In this document: one piece after another, positions 29,356 to 37,767 of the stretch
Position numbering within the stretch: the stretch's first letter is position 1
How the letters are laid out: each line of letters opens with the position of its first letter
Source: Rhizomicrobium sp.
Lineage (GTDB): Bacteria > Pseudomonadota > Alphaproteobacteria > Micropepsales > Micropepsaceae
Direction: 5' to 3'
Assembly: GCA_035512055.1 (NCBI GenBank)
Contig: DATKEP010000064.1
Span: 720 to 64,719, forward strand
Length of the DNA stretch: 64,000 bases
Position numbers and translations under genes: made by a program
Notes under the pieces: model-generated
The model's input: only the letters and a program-made list of their open reading frames with translations
Database searches by the model: none
What the model was told of the DNA's origin: nothing

Positions 29356-31524
29356 ATGAGCGCTTCCAAATCCCTTTCCGAAGCCGGCCTTGGCGTACCG
29401 ACCGGCGCCTGGCGCTGGGCGTCCTTGGCCTTCATTTTGCTGGCCCTGATAGCCGCCGGCCTCACCCTTGCGGCGCCGCAGGTTGCAGGTCTTGCTGGTT
29501 ACGCGCTTCTACTGGGCATTGCCGTGGTGGCGGTGCTTTTTGTCTTCGCGATCTGGCCGCGCGGCGGCGGCGCCACCCGGGACGCACTGCGGGTCGCCGA
29601 AGCGGCAGGCAAGGCCAACATCGCCTGGGCGATCACCGGCGAGGGCGGCGCGGTGCTGGACTGCAACCCCGTTTATCGCCGCATGGCCGGCGTGAGTGAA
29701 AAGGAAACGCCGCCGCCACCGGAACTGGCGCTGGCAGGCGAGCCTAGCGCGGCCGTGCTCTATCGCCTGTCGCGCGATGCCGCCGAAGGCCGCGCCCGCG
29801 AGGAAACATTCCAAGTATTGCCGGGGCTCGAGATCGTCGCGGCAGTTCGCTCCTTGCCGGACAAACAGGCGGTCTGGTGGTTTACACCGCGCCTTGCCGC
29901 TTCGACATCGCCGCAGCCGGTCCTGTCGCGGCCCGCGAAATCCGCTCCTGAACCTGCCGTCTCCGCGCCGGTTGAGCCTGCACCTGTTGCGCCAGTCGCG
30001 ACTGCACCTATGGCGCCTGCCTCCGAGGCTTCGCAGAATATCGGCGATCTCTTCCGCGACGCGCCCATGGGAGTGGCCTTTGCCGATGCCCATGGCGCAA
30101 TCGGTGATGCCAATGCGGCACTGGCAAGGTTCTTCGGCGTTTCCGCAAGCCTTGCCGGAAGGAATTTCGGCGACCTGGTCGACGCTGGCGACCGCGCCCA
30201 GGTCATGGCGCTGATCACACGCGCCGCAGCCGGCGAGATGGGGTTGAAGGCGATCGAATTGCGCGGGCTCAAGGGAGCCAATGGCGATGAGCGGATGGCC
30301 GAGCTTCTGGCCAGTCCCATGGCCGGCAAGGCGATCCTCTATCTGGTGGACGTTTCCGAACAGAAGGCACTGGAAACCAAATTCGCCCAGTCGCAGAAGA
30401 TGCAGGCGGTGGGTCAGCTCGCCGGCGGCGTGGCGCATGATTTCAACAACCTGCTCACCGTTATCATCGGCAATTGCGAATTCCTTTTGATGCGCCATCA
30501 GGCGGGCGATCCCTCATTCAAGGAAATCAACGAGATTCATCAAAACGCGCTCAGGGCGGCTGCGCTGGTCAGCCAGCTGCTGGCCTTCAGCCGCAAGCAG
30601 ACGATGCAGCCCAAGACGCTGGCGCTGGGCGAGGTGATCGGCGAACTCGCACAAATGCTGCGCCGCCTTGTGGGAGAGGGCATTGCGCTCAATGTCGAAC
30701 GCGATGCCGATCTCTGGCCGGTGCATGCGGACGAAGCCCAGCTCGGCAATGCCATCATCAATCTGGTCGTCAATGCCCGCGATGCCATGCCGTCAGGCGG
30801 CACGGTGTCGATCCGCACGGCCAATGAAACCATAACGCAAGCCGGCGCGCTGGGCAGCGCCATCATGCCGCCGGGCGATTATGTGCGCATCGAAGTGTCC
30901 GACACCGGCACCGGCATGTCGAAGGAGATTCAGAGCAAGATTTTCGATCCCTTCTTCACCACCAAGCCGGTGGGCCAGGGCACAGGACTTGGCCTTGCCA
31001 CCGTCTATGGCATCGTCAAGCAGTCCGGCGGTTTCATCACGGTCGACAGCGAGTTGGGCCAGGGAACCATCTTCAAGGTCTATCTGCCGCGCAAGATGGA
31101 TGCCGGCGAGGCGGCGCCCGTCGAAGCAGCACCTGCCGTCACCCGCGACATTACCGGGCAGGACACAATCCTTCTGGTGGAAGACGAAGAGGCGGTCAGG
31201 AGCTTTGCGGCACGCGCGCTGCGCATGCGCGGTTACAATGTGCTGGAAGCGTCGGGCGGCGAGGAAGCGCTGGAACTCGTCAAGAGCGACAACAACAAGA
31301 TCGACCTGATCATCACCGATGTGGTGATGCCCAACATGGACGGCCCCACCATGGTGCGCCATGTCAAGGCGCTCAAACCGAACCTTGCCGTCATTTTCAT
31401 GTCGGGTTATGCCGAAGAAGCCTTCCGCCGCAATGACCAGAATTCGGAAGACATCCACTTCCTGCCCAAGCCCTTCGGCCTCAAGCAATTGGCCGCCAAG
31501 GTGAAGGAAGTGCTGGCGGGTTAA
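29356..31524 (+). CDS. cckA: Hybrid sensor histidine kinase CckA
   Basis: Two TM helices, PAS-like region, SQKMQAVGQLAGGVAHDFNNLL, NLVVNARDAM, GTGLGLATVYG, C-terminal receiver; follows flhB; start uncertain (GTG 29311 or ATG 29356). Confidence 0.9.
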   Translation: MSASKSLSEAGLGVPTGAWRWASLAFILLALIAAGLTLAAPQVAGLAGYALLLGIAVVAVLFVFAIWPRGGGATRDALRVAEAAGKANIAWAITGEGGAVLDCNPVYRRMAGVSEKETPPPPELALAGEPSAAVLYRLSRDAAEGRAREETFQVLPGLEIVAAVRSLPDKQAVWWFTPRLAASTSPQPVLSRPAKSAPEPAVSAPVEPAPVAPVATAPMAPASEASQNIGDLFRDAPMGVAFADAHGAIGDANAALARFFGVSASLAGRNFGDLVDAGDRAQVMALITRAAAGEMGLKAIELRGLKGANGDERMAELLASPMAGKAILYLVDVSEQKALETKFAQSQKMQAVGQLAGGVAHDFNNLLTVIIGNCEFLLMRHQAGDPSFKEINEIHQNALRAAALVSQLLAFSRKQTMQPKTLALGEVIGELAQMLRRLVGEGIALNVERDADLWPVHADEAQLGNAIINLVVNARDAMPSGGTVSIRTANETITQAGALGSAIMPPGDYVRIEVSDTGTGMSKEIQSKIFDPFFTTKPVGQGTGLGLATVYGIVKQSGGFITVDSELGQGTIFKVYLPRKMDAGEAAPVEAAPAVTRDITGQDTILLVEDEEAVRSFAARALRMRGYNVLEASGGEEALELVKSDNNKIDLIITDVVMPNMDGPTMVRHVKALKPNLAVIFMSGYAEEAFRRNDQNSEDIHFLPKPFGLKQLAAKVKEVLAG

Positions 31525-31572
31525 GCGCCGATTGCGCTTGCAAAGTGCATTCCTGCCTCTATGGTCCGGCCC

Positions 31573-31908
31573 ATGAAAAAGAGCCTTGCCGTGACCTTTT
31601 GCCTGCTGCTTGCAGGCTGCTCCGAAGCCGACTGGAACCATGCGCTGAATTACACCGGCATGGGTGGGGACGAGGATTCCGCCACCCAAGCAGGCGCCTC
31701 TGCGGTCGCACCCAAGTCGGCGACCATCTCAGCGACCACGTCAACCGCCGCAGCCGCGCCCGAAGCGCCTGCACAAGCCGTCCCCAACAGCGATATCTGC
31801 CGCGCGGTGGCCACGCAGGACGCCACGTCCAACGATTTCGATCCGGCGACGCAAGCGCGCGTCTTTGCGCGCAGTTTTTCGCAGTGCGTCGCTATCTACT
31901 CACGCTGA
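31573..31908 (+). CDS. Small hypothetical lipoprotein
   Basis: MKKSLAVTFCLLLAGC lipobox; Ala/Thr linker; Cys pair in the C-terminal domain. Confidence 0.7.
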   Translation: MKKSLAVTFCLLLAGCSEADWNHALNYTGMGGDEDSATQAGASAVAPKSATISATTSTAAAAPEAPAQAVPNSDICRAVATQDATSNDFDPATQARVFARSFSQCVAIYSR

Positions 31909-33001
31909 ACCGAAATTCCGTGACCTGGTGATACTCCGTGTCCTGCCGCAGCAGGGCGCTTGGAAATGACGGAATGTTCGGCGCATTGGGAAAGGCCTGC
32001 GCTTCCAGCGCGACGGCGCTATGGATCTGATAGCCCTTGATCAGCGCCACACTCGGCGGCGCGTAATTGGCGCTATAGACCTGAACTCCGGCTTGGGTGG
32101 TCCATTCTTCAAGCCTGCGTCCCGATTTCGGATCATCCAGCCGCGCCGCCAGCCGCAAGGTGCCGGGTTTGCCGTTGATTGCGAAATTCTGGTCGAAGCC
32201 ATGGGCGCGCTGGATGGCGGGATCGGGATCGTTGATGTGGGCGCCGATCGCTGTGGGGCGGCGGAAGTCGAAGGCGGTGCCGGCGACGTTTCGCATTTCG
32301 CCGGTCGGCACATTCTTTTCGTCAACCGCGGTGATCTGATCGGCATTCACCGTCAGGAGCTGGTCAAGCACCGGACCTGACGCATCACCCGCCATGTTGA
32401 AATAGGAATGATTGGTGAGGCTGATGATCGTGTCCTTGTCGCTGACCGCGCGATAGGCGATGCGTAAGCTATTGTTGCGCGTGAGGGTATAGGTCACGCT
32501 TACATGCAGCGTGCCCGGAAACCCCATGGTGCCGTTGCGATCGCGCAGGGACAGAACCAACTGCGGCTCCACGCCATCCTTGGGGGCTGCGTCCCAGACC
32601 CGCTCGTCATAGGGCTTGTTTTCGGCCTCGTTCAGCACATAAGCATCGCGTGCCACCCGATACTCGATGTGGTTGATCTGGTAGCTGTTGTCCTTGATGC
32701 GGTTGGCGAAGCGGCCGATGGTGGCGCCGTAGCGGCCCTTGTAATCCAGGCTGGTATAGTCGGCCAGGCGGTCGAAGCCCTGCACGACGTCGGCCAGCTT
32801 GCCGTCGCGTCCGGGCACGCGGATGGCGGTAATGATCGCACCATAATTGGTGATACTGGCTTGTACGCCATTGGCGTTTGTCAATGTGAACAGGTCTACG
32901 CCCTTGCCGGCAACCCCGCCCCAGGCCGTGACAGTGATATTGGCCTCGGCCGGCAGCGTTATTGCGAGCCACGCAGCGGCGGCGAAGCAGACAAATCTCA
33001 T
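31892..33001 (-). CDS. galM: Aldose 1-epimerase family protein with signal peptide (copy 1, divergent)
   Basis: ITNYGA, GATIGRFANRI, GFPG, TNHSYFN, GFDQNF, ALEAQAFPNAPN; start at ATG 33001. Confidence 0.88.
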   Translation of the reverse strand: MRFVCFAAAAWLAITLPAEANITVTAWGGVAGKGVDLFTLTNANGVQASITNYGAIITAIRVPGRDGKLADVVQGFDRLADYTSLDYKGRYGATIGRFANRIKDNSYQINHIEYRVARDAYVLNEAENKPYDERVWDAAPKDGVEPQLVLSLRDRNGTMGFPGTLHVSVTYTLTRNNSLRIAYRAVSDKDTIISLTNHSYFNMAGDASGPVLDQLLTVNADQITAVDEKNVPTGEMRNVAGTAFDFRRPTAIGAHINDPDPAIQRAHGFDQNFAINGKPGTLRLAARLDDPKSGRRLEEWTTQAGVQVYSANYAPPSVALIKGYQIHSAVALEAQAFPNAPNIPSFPSALLRQDTEYHQVTEFRFSVSR

Positions 33002-33189
33002 GAATCCCTCCAAAGAATGGCGAGCGTACAAAGCGATTCCAGCCTGCGCCATATCACGCCCGCCATATTGCGCACGCGAAGTGGATGTTGCTTGACCTTT
33101 GCGTGCAGCTGACGTTTGACCAAGCGATGCACGCCTGATTATCTGTCGCCACGGTCGCCGGTGAGCCGACCGAGGGAGAGGAAATTCCA

Positions 33190-34212
33190 ATGAAAAATCT
33201 GCTGTTTTCGGCCGCGCTGGTCGCGGCTGTCGGGTTCGGCACGGTTGCGGCTTTCAGTCAGGCGAATGAGGATGAAGTCGCCGCCCGCCAGGCGAAATAT
33301 CCGCTGGCGGCCAAGGCGGGCCAAGACAGCCACGCCTTCGACCAGGCGCCGGCCGGCGCGACCAACCAGGGCAAGTTTGACGACAAGACCTGGAAATTCG
33401 GTCACGCCTGGGATGCGCCGCCGGGGTCCAAGATATGGAACCCGGTCAAGATCAAGATGATGCGGGGCGGCATGGTCACGGGCGGCACGGTATTCTCTGC
33501 CACCGATCCGGAAACCTATTGCGCGATGGCCAATGCCGGTTACGACTTCATCTGGACCGAGCATCAGCATGACGCGCGGGACTGGAAGACCACGCAGCAC
33601 ATGTGGGCAGCTTGCCCCTATGCCAAGGCGGTGCCGGGCGTGCGCGTGGCCTATACCGACGAGCGCGAAGAACAGCATGCGCTGGACGCAGGCGCGCTGG
33701 TGCTGGTGGTGCCCACGGTGCGTTCTTATGAAGAAGCCATCAGAGCGCGCGACTGGGCCTATTTCCCGCCGCTCGGACGGCGCAGCAATGGCGGCGGCCA
33801 GGCCTTTGCTCTCTACAACAATGTGCCGGGCGGCTATCGCAATACCATCAACGACAATCTGGTCCTGGTCCTGATGATCGAGACCCTGGCGGGCCTGAAG
33901 GATGCCGACCGCATCGCCAAGATTCCCGGTGTCACCGCGGTGTTCGCGGCCTCTGGCGATCTGGGCAATCATTCCGGCTACAAGCAGAACGATCCCGACT
34001 ATGAACGCGAGATCAACATCGTCCATGACGCCGCCATCAAGGCGGGCGTGCGGCTGTGCGGGCCTTATGCCTGGCGCGACCGACCCGATTTCACCTGTTT
34101 CCAGGCGGGCAGCGAAGGCGGTGCTATCGCACGCGGCGTGAAGGACGAACTGGGCAAGGACTGGAACACCCAGCCGGTCCCCGAAGTCGGCCCCTGGGCG
34201 AAAACGAAGTAA
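33190..34212 (+). CDS. HpcH/HpaI aldolase family protein with Sec signal peptide
   Basis: GYDFIWTEHQH, GVRV, ALDAGA, YFPPLGRRS, MIET, ASGDL. Confidence 0.85.
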   Translation: MKNLLFSAALVAAVGFGTVAAFSQANEDEVAARQAKYPLAAKAGQDSHAFDQAPAGATNQGKFDDKTWKFGHAWDAPPGSKIWNPVKIKMMRGGMVTGGTVFSATDPETYCAMANAGYDFIWTEHQHDARDWKTTQHMWAACPYAKAVPGVRVAYTDEREEQHALDAGALVLVVPTVRSYEEAIRARDWAYFPPLGRRSNGGGQAFALYNNVPGGYRNTINDNLVLVLMIETLAGLKDADRIAKIPGVTAVFAASGDLGNHSGYKQNDPDYEREINIVHDAAIKAGVRLCGPYAWRDRPDFTCFQAGSEGGAIARGVKDELGKDWNTQPVPEVGPWAKTK

Positions 34213-34312
34213 TTTCCAACCCCATCCGGTCTGGCGGCGCAAGTGCTGCCAGACCGCCTTCCCCTTGCCGCGCTGTGCGCGAAGGGAAGAAGGGTCTGGG
34301 TTGACCAGAACC

Positions 34313-34340
34313 AGGGCGCCGTGTCCGCGGCGCCCTTTTC
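34313..34340 (+). terminator. Intrinsic terminator downstream of the aldolase gene
   Basis: agggcgccg/cggcgccct stem plus ttt. Confidence 0.65.
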
Positions 34341-34443
34341 ATTCGCTTCATTGTCCTCAGTTTGGGTGGTGCTTTCGTTGATTCTGGCAGCGCGTCGTGC
34401 GGTTTATCCCGGTTAACAAGGGTTCCCTGGGTGTCCGTGATAG

Positions 34444-34701
34444 ATGCGTAAGTATTCCTGCCTAGTCGCCGCCATCGCCTTGATTGCATCGCCCTCCGCA
34501 TGGGCAGGCACACTCGCCGCTGGAAAGCCGGCCGGTGTCCGACAGGCGGCATTGACGACCGGGAGCTCGATCGTGGCCGGCGGCCTCGGTGCCATAGGCA
34601 TCGCCGTCATGGCCGTGGCGCTCTCGGGTAGCAACAACGGCACCGCCAATCGGTCGTCAGGCAACACCACCACGACGACGACCACCACCGCGACGTCCTG
34701 A
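34444..34701 (+). CDS. Small secreted protein with a second hydrophobic helix and poly-Thr tail
   Basis: Signal peptide (SAWA), GKPAGVRQA segment, AGGLGAIGIAVMAVAL helix, NTTTTTTTTATS end; GC3-rich codons. Confidence 0.75.
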   Translation: MRKYSCLVAAIALIASPSAWAGTLAAGKPAGVRQAALTTGSSIVAGGLGAIGIAVMAVALSGSNNGTANRSSGNTTTTTTTTATS

Positions 34702-34730
34702 ATCGGTTTAAAACGGCTGGCCAGGCTACG

Positions 34731-35843
34731 CTACTTGGCGGTCGAAAAACGGAACTCCGTCTTCTGATAGAAGATCTGTCCCGGCTTCAGCTCGGTGGTC
34801 GGGAAGGCGGGAATATTCGGCGCATTGGCGAAATGCTGGGTCTCCAGGCAGAAGGCGCCACGCTTGATATATTGCGCGCCGCCCTTGCCGATAATCGGCT
34901 TCTCATTGTTGGGCAGATAAAGCTGGATGCCCGGCTGGGTGGTCCACACGTCCATTACCCGGCCTGACGTCGGTTCCACCACATGGGCGGCGGGGCGAAG
35001 CTTGCCCATGACTCCTCGCACGATGAAGTTGATGTCATAGCCCGGCGTGGCCACGATCGCCGGATCGGGCCCGTTAATGTCCTTGCCGATGGCTTTCGGC
35101 TTGGTGAAGTCAAAGCCGGTGCCCGCCACTTTCATCACTTCGCCGGTCGCCATGTGATTGGCGTCGGTCGGTGTCACCGCATCGGAGAAGACCTGCAGGC
35201 GATGGTTCAGCACGTCGCCATTGCCCGCGCCTTTCAAGTTGAAATAGGAATGGTTGGTGGGATTGAGCACCGTCGGCTTGTCGGTCGTGGCGCGGTATTC
35301 GATGTTGAGCGAATTGTTGGCCGTGAGGGTATAGATCACGGTGAAATCCAGATTGCCGGGATAGCCCTGGTCGCCGTCAGGCGAGACTATGTGCAGGATC
35401 AGGGACGGCGAAGGCCCGTCCAGCGGGGTGGCGCTGTAGACGTGATAGGAAAAGCCGATCGGGCCGCCATGGATGTTGTTTGGCCCTGCATTGGCCTTGA
35501 GGTGATAGGTCTTGCCTTCCAGCGTGAACTGGGCGCCGCCGATACGGTTGGCGAAGCGGCCGATCACCGCGCCATAGGTCGTGCCCGTCTTGTAGCCGTC
35601 GAGCGCGTCATAGCCGAGCACGACATCTGCCAATTTGCCGTCGCGGTCGGGCACATTCAGGCTGACCAGATAGGCGCCGTAATTGGTGATGCGTACGCTC
35701 ATGCCATGGGAGTTGGTCAGGGTGTAGATGTCCACCGCCTGATGATCGGCGGTTTCGCCCCAGGGCGCCTTGTCGATTTTCGCCTCGGCCGGCAACGCGG
35801 CCAGAAGGCCCGCGCTTACAAGCGCGGCGGCAAAGGATTTCAT
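34731..35843 (-). CDS. galM: Aldose 1-epimerase (mutarotase) with signal peptide (copy 2)
   Basis: GAVIGRFANRI, NNIHGG, NPTNHSYFNL, GYDINF, FCLETQHF; start at ATG 35843. Confidence 0.93.
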   Translation of the reverse strand: MKSFAAALVSAGLLAALPAEAKIDKAPWGETADHQAVDIYTLTNSHGMSVRITNYGAYLVSLNVPDRDGKLADVVLGYDALDGYKTGTTYGAVIGRFANRIGGAQFTLEGKTYHLKANAGPNNIHGGPIGFSYHVYSATPLDGPSPSLILHIVSPDGDQGYPGNLDFTVIYTLTANNSLNIEYRATTDKPTVLNPTNHSYFNLKGAGNGDVLNHRLQVFSDAVTPTDANHMATGEVMKVAGTGFDFTKPKAIGKDINGPDPAIVATPGYDINFIVRGVMGKLRPAAHVVEPTSGRVMDVWTTQPGIQLYLPNNEKPIIGKGGAQYIKRGAFCLETQHFANAPNIPAFPTTELKPGQIFYQKTEFRFSTAK

Positions 35844-36061
35844 GGCATTTCCCAAGTTTTTCTATTGCGCGCGGGAGGTTAGCGGCTGGTTCCCGGGCTG
35901 AACAGGCCGAAATGTATGGCCTAACTGCCCCGCATTCCTCAAAGGGAATGGGCCAGGCCGGCTATGAACAGCAGGCCCGCGGTCGGCACTTCGCAGGGCC
36001 TTCGGGTTTACCATCCGGCGCGGATATTGTGTCCGGGATGTCATTTTTCGTTCATCTCAAA

Positions 36062-36089
36062 TTGCGCCCTAAGGCGTTTCTGCTACATT
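36062..36089 (+). promoter_or_regulatory. Putative sigma70-type promoter (TTGCGC-N16-TACATT)
   Basis: ttgcgc 36062-36067, gctacatt 36082-36089; resembles the Caulobacter housekeeping consensus; no ORF follows. Confidence 0.45.
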
Positions 36090-36095
36090 TTGCGA

Positions 36096-36610
36096 CAGGT
36101 TTGGAATCTTCGGTAAGACCCCGGAAGGCTCCAGGCTTGGGAGAGGGAGCGGCTTAGTCTGCTCCCGATCCTCCCCTCCTTCGCGGCGCGATGAGTTTGG
36201 GCCGAGCCCATCAGGTGCACCGTGTGAACCGGCAGCACACGGAGCATTGAGTCAGCCTGCTGAGTTTTGGACCGGTTATCCGCCCTCACAAGAAAGACAA
36301 CCGGCCCGGTCCTCCGGGTACTCGCTGGCGACTCCGGTTACGGAGTCCGCTGGGGGCCTTCTAAGGGTCCCTGGCCTCGCCCGATACGAACCGTATCAAT
36401 CGAGCTGAAATTCCGATTTGTTCGGTCCGTCATTCGCTGATTGCGAAAATCGCAAGACCATCAACAGCACTAAAATTACAACCAAAGTCTTTCAGGCGAC
36501 CTTAAGTGACCCTGTGTAAACATCTGTCCTCCCCCGGATTCTCCCTCTAACCCTGGGGGCTCCAACATTGGGCTCGGAAGGCATAGGACCCTTCCGGGCC
36601 CTTCTTTTTT
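36096..36610 (+). ncRNA. Candidate large structured non-coding RNA (family not identified)
   Basis: Putative promoter upstream, about ten consecutive hairpins (most need G-U pairs valid only on +), 12-bp terminator with U-tract at the 3' end, no credible + strand ORF. Confidence 0.45.
36570..36610 (+). terminator. Intrinsic terminator with no upstream + strand CDS
   Basis: gggctcggaagg (36570-36581) / ccttccgggccc (36590-36601) + ttctttttt. Confidence 0.75.
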
Positions 36611-36898
36611 CCGAACTCTTAAGCAGGCCGGTGTCAACATCCTGCCGCCCCAAGCCCCGCCAAACCCTAGGCCAGGGGCAGTTACCAATGGGCCCGAAGG
36701 CTGGGGCTGGCCTTCGGGCTCTTGCTTTAATCGCAAGCCCATCAACACAACCATCGCATGTATTTCTCCCACGCTGCCCCTCTCCGGGTGATTCGGCCCG
36801 GTTCTGCTTATTCAACCATACCACCGCCTAGCTCGGGGTGATTATATACTTGACAAATAACTTGCCCCTAACTAGCTTTGTGATCAAGGAGATTGGTC

Positions 36899-37504
36899 AT
36901 GAGCATTTTAGACGTAACATTCTTTCAAGCCGAAGAAGCGGCATATTCCAAGCTGGAAAGTGTACTTTGGCCCAAGGGCACAGAATGCCCTCATTGTGGC
37001 GTGGTCGGCACTGGCGTGAAGATCAATGCCAACCCCGAAAAGAAGGTCCGCTACGGCCTCTGGAAGTGCGGTGACTGCAAAAAGCAGTTCACGGTGACGG
37101 TGGGCACGGTTTTCGAGTCTAGCCATATCCCGCTGCATAAGTGGCTACAGGCCGCCTATCTGCTCAATTCCAGCAAGAAGGGCATCAGCGCCAAGCAGAT
37201 CGAACGCACCGTGCAGGTCACATACAAATCGGCTTGGTTCATGATGCACCGTTTGCGCGAGGCTATGGCCCCGGCTGGCAAGTTGCCCCCGATGGGCGGC
37301 GAAGGTCGCGTAATCGAAGCCGACGAAACCTTTATGGGCAAGCGCGACGGCAAGCCTTCTGAGCCCGACACATTCGTTTCCGGCTTTGGCTGGGTTGAGC
37401 ATCCCCGCATCGAAACGCAGCGCAAGATTGTCGCCTTGGCGGAACGCGGCGGTTCTGCTCGCTGTTTCGTGGTGGATAGGAACTGCAAGACAGACCACCA
37501 ATGA
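36899..37504 (+). pseudogene. IS1595-family (ISXO2-like) transposase, C-terminally truncated
   Basis: Zn ribbon CPHCG...WKCGDC, QFTVTVGTVFESSHIPLHKWLQA, KGISAKQ, TYKSAWFMMHRLREAM, IEADETFMG; stops at ~200 aa; a KRRSHADLIG remnant near 37546-37575 resembles the usual KRLTY C-terminus. Confidence 0.85.
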
Positions 37505-37599
37505 GCAAATAACGGTCCTGCGACAAACCGCTCTCATCCGTGAAAGCGGCGTAGTCACGCAGACTTGATCGGTCGTTATGAAACGGAAGGCCCACCGAA

Positions 37600-37758
37600 A
37601 TGCCCGTTAGCAAACAGCCCAGAAAAGCGCCACTGGCTAAGGCTAGTCAAATCAGGCGATTCAAGGAGGCCGCACGCGAACTTGAATGCGACGAATCTGA
37701 AAAGGCATTCGACAAGATGCTACGGAAGCTGGCTAAGGCAGAGAAGCCCGCCAAATAA
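37600..37758 (+). CDS. Small (52 aa) ORF following the IS1595 transposase
   Basis: MPVSKQPRKAPLAKASQIRRFKEAARELECDESEKAFDKMLRKLAKAEKPAK; below the ORF-track cutoff; I recall this FKEAARELECDE type downstream of alphaproteobacterial IS1595 transposases (not verified). Confidence 0.65.
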   Translation: MPVSKQPRKAPLAKASQIRRFKEAARELECDESEKAFDKMLRKLAKAEKPAK

Positions 37759-37767
37759 ATGGCCGAG

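Noticed and set aside
35860-36830. tmRNA, RNase P RNA, SRP, 6S, hammerhead or group I intron identity for the structured region
   Set aside because: No GAGGAAAGUCC, no tRNA-like tmRNA ends, no CUGANGA/GAAA hammerhead core; a GCAGACUAAG word on minus lacks a matching P7 partner
36476-36831. 98-, 110- and 87-aa ORFs overlapping the structured block
   Set aside because: Low-complexity Gly/Pro/Arg content, atypical codon usage, mutual overlap and no motifs
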